Below the pieces are notes generated by a model. That model worked only from the letters and a program-made list of their open reading frames with translations, was not told the DNA's origin and did not search any database. Positions 39,101 to 47,842 of a stretch of DNA of 64,000 nucleotides are shown here, piece after piece; position 1 is the stretch's first letter, and the number at the start of each line of letters is the position of its first letter. The stretch is from NCBI GenBank assembly GCA_976226885.1, contig OZ320313.1, forward strand, positions 71,734,001 to 71,798,000. The letters run 5' to 3'. A program made the translations under genes and the position numbers. The stretch comes from Iphione sp. A-MEVVRFRX5. Taxonomy: Eukaryota.

Positions 39101-41582
39101 CAGACATCTCATGCCGGTTGCTTTCATGTCGCACTGGTTAACTGATCCTACCTGCAGTTTGTAAAGTGATATACAACGTAGATAATTCAGTCCATGACGA
39201 AATGACCCCTTTGATGGGTATTGTTTACCCATCCGTCTTCTGCGCCATAAAGCTTGTTCATTCTCTAGTTTCTTGTTCCATACAAACTTCAGAATCACTT
39301 GGCGCCTGGGGATACGATGCGGGCCAGGTAGAAGGCAAATGGCCTACCTGTCTAGGTAAAATAGCAGCGACGTGCTGACGACCGTCAACACACCAGAAAA
39401 TCTGATAGGAAAGGTCACTGCCATTACAATTTACCAGTCTTACGCCTTTTGAGATTACCTTCAATCGGGGGGGGGGGGATAATTACATACGTAAATATTA
39501 CTTGCAAGACATTAAGCTCGTTATATGAGACTCGCAGTTTATCATACGTGCTCAGTGAGTTCAATTCTGTCAATAAGCACTGAAGATCCTGAAAATATAA
39601 GGTGGTTACTGCAACATCATATATCTTGTCTTTTGTACGAAACCAGCGACAATTATCTATGTAACATTTACATGTGTGTACATGTATGCCATTGTGTATA
39701 CAAGTATATCACGGGGTGACACATCTTATTTGCTCGCCCGTTTTTTTTCATGGCGCGACCACTAATTTTTGTCAGGAAAGCTTATCCACGAAATGTCTAC
39801 TGCTAAGAATTTCGATTGGCAATTCATTCATGTCTGGAAAGATTTAATTGGGAAAAATAGCACCAATCAGGCGTCATATAAATGCTGTCTGAGTGAATTA
39901 ACACTATCTACGAGAAAAATCTCCCATTATCCACTTGAGGGGAAGTCTTGTTGTAGCAGTAACTTGAGTATTTATATGGAGATATCACTTTCCCAGGGAC
40001 ACTAATTCTCCGGTATAAAAAGATAAGCACTTTTATTTATCGACCTTCGGGGTTGTTGTTATAGCCTCATACGGAAACGTCAAAACCAGGATCGGGGGTG
40101 GATCAGAGAATATATTCACTTGGATCACTTATCAGCGCGTATCAACACAGTTGGCTAATTCAGACCATAAAACAGACTTGTATGAAAGCCGTCCCTTCTG
40201 CTGCACAGATATGTGCAAACAGAATCTATTTCTAGCTCTTGTCCCAGTTTCTTCTTCTTTCTTAGAAGGTAGATCTGATTCTTCTTAACAAACGTATGGA
40301 GTAAATTAAATCTAAATATCACAAACCTGAAAGCAAACACGTTCGAGTACCGTCCGTATAGTTCATATTTGAGTCGAAGGTTTTTTTCCTTGAGTAAGCT
40401 TCAGACCGTGCGTGACCACTAAAATATCAAAGGGTGGACTTTAACACCCAGTTTTTAGGGGAGCAGTGTTAGCCTTTTCCACGCGACCTCCCCGGTTAGC
40501 AGGTTTTAGCTTTATGGCTTGGATACTTCAGGAGGACAGGTCGCGTGTAGGATGCGAAAAAGAAGAAAAGCGCTCCCTGCTGCTGTTGATAGACTTGGGT
40601 TATTTAGTTAAGGCTAATTCTGAAGTCACGCTCTCTGCATGTGAACACCAGACGTGTTTCCTGAACGCTAACGTCCGTCAAATGTGTCAGAAATAGTTTA
40701 AAACACTCAATCAAGCTGCACAACGTGACTAGGTCTAGATGGTAGCTGGTAGCATCTACATTTGGGAAGCGGGATAAAGATCTTCCCCTTGTTTGTGAAC
40801 TGGGTGAAGAGAGACGAGGTGTGACTAATACATTAAAAATATCCAGGGGATCGTGTCTAATTTCCTCTTCTATGAAAAAAAAACCGTCCCTTGCAATTCT
40901 TTTGTTTTACTGTAGGGGCGCTTCCCAACACCTGCCTGTCGTTTATTCCTGGTCGAAATTCGCCAATAATTAAAGGCCTCCTTCTAAATTTGCTCGCATT
41001 AATGCCTGTCAGGGCCGTCAAAATGATCATGGCGGCTTCTTGCCGCGGCTGGAGGCTGCAAAGTTGGGCGGCACCGGCTACTTCGGGCCCGGCTTTACGC
41101 TGCAGCACGGGCGCGGCTGATGAAGAAATGGCGCCCACAGCCTTTGATGTGTGAGACCGTTGCCGGTAACATGGCGCCCGTCAAATGTCAAAGTTGCTCA
41201 GCCTGCCGCGGTGCCCGTCGCCTCTTCACAATAGACGTGGTGGCCCTAATAGCGTCCATACGGTACGGCCTACTGCACACTAGTGATCATTCATCCACCC
41301 AGAAGTAAGCCACCTGGGTTCATCATCATCACCACCACCATCATCATACTACCGAGGCAGAGCGTAAGCCAAAACAAATCCACTCCTGCTTCGAGGCCTT
41401 CCTTGTAGTGTGAAATGAAGTCGTCATTATGACATTACGAAGACTTCAGACAATTAAATGATTACAACGGACTTCTTCATATAACAAGATTGTGGACCTG
41501 TGAGGTCTATTGTCCCCCACCATCAACTGCACAGAGAAAGAGGGGGGGGGAGAGAGAGACAGACAGAGACAGAGAGAAAGAG

Positions 41583-41633
<51 letters not shown>

Positions 41634-41705
41634 GAGAGGGAGACAAACAGAAGAGAAAGGGAGAGGGGAGAAAGGGAGAGACAGACAGACAGACATACAA
41701 ACAGA

Positions 41706-41743
<38 letters not shown>

Positions 41744-43076
41744 TGTCTCTCTCTCTTTACAACCACCTTGATTGGCACCTTGTTTTGGGGTGGTTGGCTA
41801 GGCTTGTTTAAGTCCTTCAGGTTTACAACTCTCGGTTCTGCCTCACTGAGCACCAGCCTGCTACAAACCCTCGGTTCTGCATGGCTGAACAGAGCTCCCT
41901 CGGTTCTGCCTCACTGAGTACCTGACTGCTAGGTAGAAAGGAGATATTGGTGAGTGTGTATGTGTGCATGTATGTGCATTATCAGACCTAGGAATCCCTA
42001 AAACAAGTATGTATGTTTGTAGGTGTGTTAGCAAAAGAGTAAAATTGACATAATTTCACTTTCAAAATACTTGAATTACTACCAAAATTACCCAGTGCCA
42101 TGGGGCCATATATACCAATATCATATATCAAAATCAGCTCTTTTGAGTGAAGGGCTTGAGACTTATAAGACCCACAAGAGTGTGACGGATGGTCGGGACA
42201 CCAGCTGGTAGCATTCCTAATGTCCCCCCCTCTATGAGGCGGGGGACAATGAGCTATCAATTTCACTCGCATTTCGTAACGTTGGTGACGGAGAAATATG
42301 TGTGTGTGTATATATACATATACAAAAACACATTACTGGAACCTTAATAACATTTCACTTCTAGTGTGTTAGACTAACCGTTCCAGCTTAAGTGTCCGCT
42401 GTATCGACAAACGGAAAAAATGATACCTGAATGAACTTTGCTGGTAAATGAAATCTTTAGAGGCTGACTGGCAAAAACTATGATCTCCGCAAAAAAAACT
42501 ATTATTGAAACCAGCATAATTTAATCTACCATTTCCGGATCTACCTGCAATATTGTAAACATTTCAGTGTCTTTTTAACAAGCTTGCAAAAACAGCAGAT
42601 TACAAAACAGCTGTCGGATAAATCCTGCAAACATCACTTAGTGAAAGAAGGTAACGAAACACAGGTGCACACGTATGTCAGGCTTCGCTATAAAATACAC
42701 ATACAATATACGTATACTGTCCTCATCATACGATTAATAGGTCTCAGGTGTTCTAATGTTACATCTCACAAAAACGCCATATATCATGGTCACGTTTAGC
42801 TTTCCTCTTCTTTTTCTCCCTTTCACTACTCTTAAGCTTTGTGGTATTAGTCTCGCACTCTGGAATTAGAAGAGTAAGGACATCAAAACGCAATCGAGGA
42901 AACTGACCTTTGCTCTGGCCCGTCACTTTATCCCGCAGCACATTTAGCTGGTGGACTGGCCCGAACTCCTCGAACATCTTCCGGAGATCGTTCTCGTCCA
43001 TCGACCGAGGGATCTGACCGACGAACATCTTAATGGCGTCGGGGTCAGGCTCTGTCTTGGGTGTTTGTGAGTTCAT
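5982..43076 (-). CDS. CELF1/2: CELF1/2-family (CUGBP Elav-like / Bruno-like) RNA-binding protein. Core CDS join: 42908-43076, 30926-31008, 22263-22311, 20740-20871, 19513-19592, 19208-19348, 18917-18983, 18463-18594, 15575-15649, 13919-14002, 9990-10199, 7193-7279, 6729-6872, 5982-6109 (1581 nt, about 526 aa)
   Basis: Manual splicing gives one open frame with GT/AG at every junction. RRM1 has MFVGQI and KGCCFVTF, RRM2 has LFVGML and KGCAFITY, RRM3 has LFIYHL and KCFGFVSY. The linker motif [14 protein letters not shown] and the C-terminus [12 protein letters not shown] are typical of CELF1/CELF2 rather than CELF3-6 (recognised from memory of the family). Confidence 0.96.
6729..6872 (-). CDS. 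CELF1/2: CELF exon, RRM3 N-half ([48 protein letters not shown])
   Basis: ctgcctttttcacag|GC ... TTC G|gtgagc; 144 nt, phase 1-1. Confidence 0.96.
7193..7279 (-). CDS. CELF1/2: CELF exon preceding RRM3 ([29 protein letters not shown])
   Basis: ttttcgtttcttttccag|CT ... GAA G|gtaatt; 87 nt, phase 1-1; ends like the family AAGSQKEG motif. Confidence 0.9.
9990..10199 (-). CDS. CELF1/2: CELF linker exon ([10 protein letters not shown]...[16 protein letters not shown][GLSGLLGQ]) with alternative donors at 10014 and 9990
   Basis: ctctctgtctccacag|GT ... GCA G|gtttgt or CAA G|gtaatt; contains the conserved [14 protein letters not shown]. Confidence 0.92.
13150..13173 (-). CDS. CELF1/2: Candidate 24-nt microexon (GSSGTPSS)
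   Basis: gctgac branch-like motif, then gtggttgttgcag|GCTCCAGCGGGACACCGTCATCAG|gttggc. Phase 1-1, frame-preserving, weak donor. Confidence 0.45.
13919..14002 (-). CDS. CELF1/2: CELF linker exon ([28 protein letters not shown])
   Basis: gcctgatag|GA ... ACA G|gtgaga; 84 nt, phase 1-1; resembles the family LQNLATL motif. Confidence 0.82.
15575..15649 (-). CDS. CELF1/2: CELF linker exon ([25 protein letters not shown])
   Basis: gcgttgcag|GG ... TCA G|gtactc; 75 nt, phase 1-1, open, with linker-like L/Q/S/A composition. The donor is non-optimal. Confidence 0.72.
18463..18594 (-). CDS. CELF1/2: CELF linker exon ([44 protein letters not shown])
   Basis: gtgatttacag|AC ... CCA G|gtgagt; 132 nt, phase 1-1; the LQ..LAAAAAA motif resembles the CELF1/2 linker. 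Confidence 0.85.
18917..18995 (-). CDS. CELF1/2: CELF linker exon ([SLLQ][22 protein letters not shown]) with two in-frame acceptors (18995 and 18983)
   Basis: tttttacccttcag|TCTCTGTTACAG|TTACTG; donor ACAG|gtaagt; phase 0 to 1. Confidence 0.9.
19208..19348 (-). CDS. CELF1/2: CELF exon, end of RRM2 and start of divergent linker ([24 protein letters not shown]...GPQYLA)
   Basis: tttcgttcgcag|GGC ... GCT|gtgagt; 141 nt, phase 0-0; family motif VVKFADTQK. Confidence 0.95.
19513..19592 (-). CDS. CELF1/2: CELF exon, RRM2 RNP1 ([27 protein letters not shown])
   Basis: tgtcgtgtttcag|GA ... GAG|gtacag; 80 nt, phase 1 to 0. Confidence 0.95.
20740..20871 (-). CDS. CELF1/2: CELF exon, RRM2 N-half ([45 protein letters not shown])
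   Basis: ctttacactgcag|tag|aag tandem acceptor; donor AAAG|gtaagg; 132 nt, phase 1-1. Confidence 0.95.
22263..22311 (-). CDS. CELF1/2: CELF exon, end of RRM1 ([16 protein letters not shown])
   Basis: tttttgtag|ATG ... AAT G|gtaaga; 49 nt, phase 0 to 1; matches the family motif [11 protein letters not shown]. Confidence 0.95.
28355..28373. repeat. Poly-C homopolymer
   Basis: Run of about 19 C. Confidence 0.95.
28906..28948. repeat. (TA)n/(AG)n compound microsatellite
   Basis: atatatatatatgtattatatatatatagagagagagagaga. Confidence 0.9.
30926..31008 (-). CDS. CELF1/2: CELF exon, RRM1 RNP1 ([28 protein letters not shown])
   Basis: attttgtttcag|GA ... GGG|gtaagt; 83 nt, phase 1 to 0. Not in the ORF track; found by reverse-complement reading. 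Confidence 0.95.
35112..35163. repeat. Two-copy 26-bp tandem duplication
   Basis: ccggcctttcggcctaccagatttta followed by ccggccttttggcctaccagattttt. Confidence 0.9.
41533..41741. repeat. Compound (AG)n/(AGAC)n purine tract followed by (GT)n microsatellite (about 41708-41741)
   Basis: Directly visible; it explains the spurious ERERER/CVCVCV ORFs. Confidence 0.95.
41831..41920. repeat. Degenerate three-unit tandem repeat with core CTCGGTTCTGC
   Basis: Core at 41831, 41870 and 41900; units 1 and 3 share ctcggttctgcctcactgag. Confidence 0.85.
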
Positions 43077-43080
43077 GTTG
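42908..43080 (-). CDS. CELF1/2: CELF exon, RRM1 N-half ([57 protein letters not shown])
   Basis: Acceptor ctttcctcccgtttccag|CAACATG with ATG at 43076; donor AAAG|gtcagt, phase 1. The acceptor 4 nt before the ATG implies at least one upstream exon. Confidence 0.95.
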
Positions 43081-46000
43081 CTGGAAACGGGAGGAAAGCA
43101 GTGTTAGAATACAGATGGACCTCCCCAAGTTTAGCACGGTAGAATAAACAAGGCTATCGGAATCATTCTATATGTTCCGCTTAGGAATCCATTCGCGAAC
43201 ACGGGACCTGGAGACAAAAATTTGCTTTCTGAAAAAGAGTGCGCTAGCAATTACCGATACAATGACAGGTCCTACCTCTTCCACCCCTAGACTGAGCTAT
43301 TAACTGATTCATTCAGACAAGACGGCATCTAAAAACCCTCTACACGTTATCTGCGATGTAGTTGAGAAGGTGCCACAAACAAAATTATATAAGGAGATCG
43401 TGCTGGACTCGTCTGATACAAAAAAAACGAAACAGCATTTCTATTATCAGAAACAGACATCAGGTTAAAACAGACCTGAAGATACAAATATAGCCCACTC
43501 GAAACAATCATATTTTCTTATGCCTTGATTACAGTCGAACTGTTTAAACACTCCCGATTTGCAACCATCTAGAGTAATTAATGCTATTAAATGAAGGAGT
43601 TTTTCCTAAACGCCAGGTGTGGTCTCCTTGTCGATTTACCTTTACCTCCCGAAGGAGAGACATCAGTGCAGCAGGTAGCGGGCTAGCTATCCTCCGGCCG
43701 CTCTACCTTTGTGATAGCACGAGTAAATTTAGCCTCATTTGCTGAAAGAACAACATGACCTTTGCTGGTACCAACCGCTTTGTTGCTCTGCTGCCGAGGC
43801 TTAGCCTTTGAATGTTAGCTTGGCCCCGCCCTGTCAAATAACCCTTTCAAACGGCAAGTAATCAATGACACCATTCCGTCTGAACAGCAGGCAATACACA
43901 TTATTTAAACCATACTCAATGAAGGGTGTGCACAGTTGTTTTGGCTGCTGGTCCTCCTACCACAAATGGCCACTTACTCCTGAGTCTAGGAATCCCTATT
44001 AGGTTCCTATTATTGCCTGGCTGCGTTACCCTTATACGAAAGTTGGTCAATTCCAACTTTTAGGGGGAAAAAAACTTGCGATTGATGTCATTCAATGTCT
44101 AACACAGAAAAGTAACATTCTAAATTATTGCACAAAAAGGTTAGAGAAGAAGTCAATAAATATATCACTATTTTTTTAAAGACTGTTTGCCGACGGTCGG
44201 CCACTAATTAAATCGATCGAAGCACTAAGTGGCTTCTCCCCAAGCCATATGGAAGCCATAGGTGAACATTTTCTCTAGTAAGGGAGGAAGCCATGGAGCT
44301 GTCTATAAGCGACGCGTCGGCCCATCTTGGCAATAATGCCGATAGCTAAGTACATGTACGCGGATTAACATATCATTTGATAAGCCCGAAAAAATTCAAC
44401 CAACAAAAATAAACGGACCGACTGGTTTGTAAGGTAGAAACGTGCAGGCCTAAACCCATATGACGTGAAGCAAACGTTTCTAAACATGGCAGGCTGAATG
44501 CGCTCTACAACAATGCCAATGGAGTTTGTCACCTGCTTTGAGCGCTACGCCGGTTTGCTGTTACTATGCGTAGGTGTTGTCAGGTGGAGATATCGGTAAT
44601 GGTGATGCTCACACAGACCCGTGGCCATACCGAGTGCCGGTGAACTGCTCATACACTATTTATAGGAGCACCGAGGCATCACATACACCGTGTCATGTGG
44701 GTCGATATTGTGATTACTACCGTATCCTGGTCGAAGGAGAAGACAGCCCCGAGACTGGGGCATGATGCCACAGAACAACAGGCAGGTGGGGACGATTGAC
44801 CGTGTCCTGTCATGTCAGTTAACAATCCCCTGCTACACACCTTCTACAAAGCAGGTGAACCCTATCTGTCATCCCTCTTATTAAACTAAGCACGTTGGAC
44901 CCGTGTTAGGCACCACTTATTGTGATAGGCAAATAAATGACTTCTAATATGCAATTACTCGAACCACAACTCACCCGGACATAAGATCCAACAGGTTATG
45001 TATGCCAGATATGCTGCTGATGCAGCTATAACTACACTGCTCCACTATGCCTTTACTAGTACGATAAAGATCTGTGGAAGGTGATAATACATGTATATGA
45101 ATAGAAATGACGGGATATGCCTGTATGCTACAGATATTTATGTATGATGATGTAGTGTTCACTATGGCCTTGCAGTTGGTCCATTTGTATTACAGTACCC
45201 AATACGAAGCCTCGGCAAGTTACAAACACACGTTGAAGAATATAACAATTTTTTCCCTTTCATGTGTTCATCTTATATTTAAATAATGTATATACAAAGG
45301 GTTTGAGAAAGAGACAGCGTGTCAAGAGTATCCCTGTCTTTGTAAAAAAAAATTACAATAATAACAAATCTCTTCTATTTGTCATAACATTTCTAGTGTA
45401 CTTCTTTCATAAGCACTTATGGGAAACGTAATAGAAGCAACGTGTAGAACACGCCGTAAAACAGCAGAGTTAATTTGCCCGTGATGCCGGTACATGTCAA
45501 GCCCGCGCCGGCAGTGACGACGGCGGGTCGCTGCATGTATTACAAGGTGCTTGAGTTTCTCTGTTAAGCCAGTGCCTTCGGTAAGGGTCTTACATTAACC
45601 ACAATGCTGTGGGATAACAGTGGTTTAAGAGGAGAGTAGTTCGCTCAGCTGCCTGTAGACCTGCCCATATAGGAGCCGCCCATGCTATGCATACTTAATA
45701 ACATCCGGAAGCCGGGTCAGCAGGCGGCTTCGCGGCTTGCTCTGATCGGCCATCTCGGGTGTAAGTAAAGGTGCACTGCAGGTGTAAATGGATAGACGCG
45801 TCCACCAGGCAGCCGGCAGAGAGACGATACAGGGCCACGTCGAATGAATAAAACCAACCCAGCACGCATATCTGCCCGTGCAGTGAGCCTACAGGCGATG
45901 TGTTCCTGAACTGTCAACGATTACGTTAAATAAACGCTCGGACCATGGGGGGAAAATGCACAGCGCTTAAATCAAGAGAGGACATAATTTTGTTCAGCAC

Positions 46001-46196
46001 GTCACTGATGGGAGTTTAGAGGATCAGTTTAAATATTTATAGCCGAACATGGTTGTAATGACCTGAACGATGATAATGAAACATTCAATATGTTGGCTTG
46101 TGTGTAATCAGGGTAGCTAAGCGATGACGTCCATTTAATCAATATTGACTGACAGAGCTTGTCAATGTACTGCACACTTACATATCATGGACGTTC

Positions 46197-46346
46197 NNNN
46201 NNNNNNNNNNNNNNNNNNNNNNNNNNNNNNNNNNNNNNNNNNNNNNNNNNNNNNNNNNNNNNNNNNNNNNNNNNNNNNNNNNNNNNNNNNNNNNNNNNNN
46301 NNNNNNNNNNNNNNNNNNNNNNNNNNNNNNNNNNNNNNNNNNNNNN
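46197..46346. other. Assembly gap (150 N)
   Basis: Run of n. Confidence 1.
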
Positions 46347-46541
46347 TCAGTGTTGTGTGGATGTCGATAACAACACAGAGGGGCGCGATGCCGGCTTGCT
46401 ACTTCCTGAAGGTCGATGCCCTACTACCCCCTCCACCCCCCGCCTCCCTGTTCTTGTGTCAATACCGAACTTCCTGTGTAGGTACGTGAGGGTGAAAATC
46501 AATGACCCGGGTAAGAGTGTACAGGCTAGAAGCTTCAGCAC

Positions 46542-46969
46542 CTGGTAATCGTGGTGATGGCCATCATGTCGGACGACGACGGCACTGCCGGCAACGACGG
46601 CGTGCAGAAGGCGGAAGCGGAAGTAGCCGCTGTTGTTGCGGCGGGATTTTCCAGTCCGTTAGCGATGGCGCCTACCGGCACTGCAGACGGGGAGAGGGCG
46701 GGGCCGACAGAAGGCTGGTGGTGCTGCTGCAGTAGGTGATGATACTGGGACGTCGGTGATGACAGCGGAGGCAATGGCGACGACGATGGCGACAGCGATG
46801 ACAAGGGCGGCGGTGAGGACGAGCAGGTAGACTGTTGAAGAAGAGGATTGTGGCCTAATGGCGGCCGCTGCTGCTGCTGCTGCTGTTCCTGCTGGTCGTG
46901 TTGGTGCTGCTGATGGTGATGGTGGTGCTGGCTATAGGACAGAACCGGGACTAGGCAGGCGCCCTGCAT
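46542..46969 (-). CDS. CELF1/2: Candidate upstream coding exon: 142-aa His/Gln/Ser/Pro-rich low-complexity N-terminal extension (MQGACLVPVLSYSQHHHHHQQHQHDQQEQQQQQQRPP...)
   Basis: The ORF ends ACC AG|gtgctga. This phase-2 donor, just before the stop, joins in frame to the 43080 acceptor (AG|C AAC ATG = Ser-Asn-Met). The real ATG is 46969; the ORF track starts at a GTG. The donor is weak. Confidence 0.55.
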
Positions 46970-47388
46970 CACTATAGCGTTATCTCTGTGGGGGCTCCTC
47001 CTAACAGGACACGCCTACACAGCGCATGTATGAACCACAGAGTAACACTCGCGGCCTTGGACAGTTCGACAAAAAAGAAGCCACTATTCTGCACACCTAT
47101 TCACTAGGGGGCAGGAAGGCAATAAGGAGTCCTCTGTCTCTGTGATGCGTCCTTTAGTTCCTTTCGATAGGATGTCTCCTTCAGTATGCCTTCTTAACAG
47201 GCTGAGAATCTGTACGCCAGATGAATTAGGTCCAAAGAGGCAAGTACTGCACCAAGGTCTTGCAGATATAGCTTGCTGACTGACAGAACGATCTCCAAAG
47301 CCCCGGCCGGTTGCAGAGAGTTAGGAGAAAGGCGTTGGAGCGATGTTCACTCGTTGGTGATGGCGGTGAGTGTGAAACTCGTGCCCAC

Positions 47389-47486
47389 CTGTTCTTCCTG
47401 TTCCTCCTGCTACTACTGCTGCTGCCGTTGCTGCCGTCGCCTCTCCAACTACTAGTAGTACTCGTGTTCCCGTGCCCTTTTGTGTT
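47389..47486 (-). CDS. Candidate upstream coding exon B, 98 nt (NTKGHGNTSTTSSWRGDGSNGSSSSSRRNRKN-R/S)
   Basis: Pyrimidine tract catttcttctcttattaccaagcgtcgtag| and donor AAC AG|gtgggc. Phase 0 to 2, open in the frame that continues exon A. Confidence 0.33.
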
Positions 47487-47599
47487 CTACGACGCTTGGT
47501 AATAAGAGAAGAAATGACGCAACAACTGCCGCAAACGATAACGCTGACTTGAATGCCTCAGCAGATGTACGCAAGTACTTGTGTATGAATTTCACTTAC

Positions 47600-47842
47600 G
47601 CTTGCAACACTCCCGGTTGTTGCGCTGATGTAGTAAGATTCTTCTTTATGAGGCATCAACTGCTCACTGCGTGCGTTGTATGTCACATATGCCTGCGTTA
47701 CAGATGCTACGTTAGCTACTGCTGCTGCCGCAGCCTGTGCTAGTAGAGCCGCTATCGCTGCTGCTCCTGATCCTCCAGGCCTGTTGACCCGCCCTCGCGT
47801 GCATTGATCCGCCCGCACAGGTGAGGCTGTCAGAGATGGCAT
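47600..47842 (-). CDS. Candidate upstream coding exon A, 81 aa, Ala-rich (MPSLTASP...AAAIAALLAQAAAAAVANVAS...TTGSVAS)
   Basis: ATG at 47842, open frame, consensus donor AGC|gtaagt in phase 0. Confidence 0.35.

Noticed and set aside
41446-41853. Four overlapping ORFs of 77-135 aa
   Set aside because: Artefacts of the compound AG/GT repeat.
46347-46541. Possible 68-nt intron followed by an extra exon after the poly-Q exon
   Set aside because: The frame reaches a TGA next to the gap with no suitable phase-2 donor.
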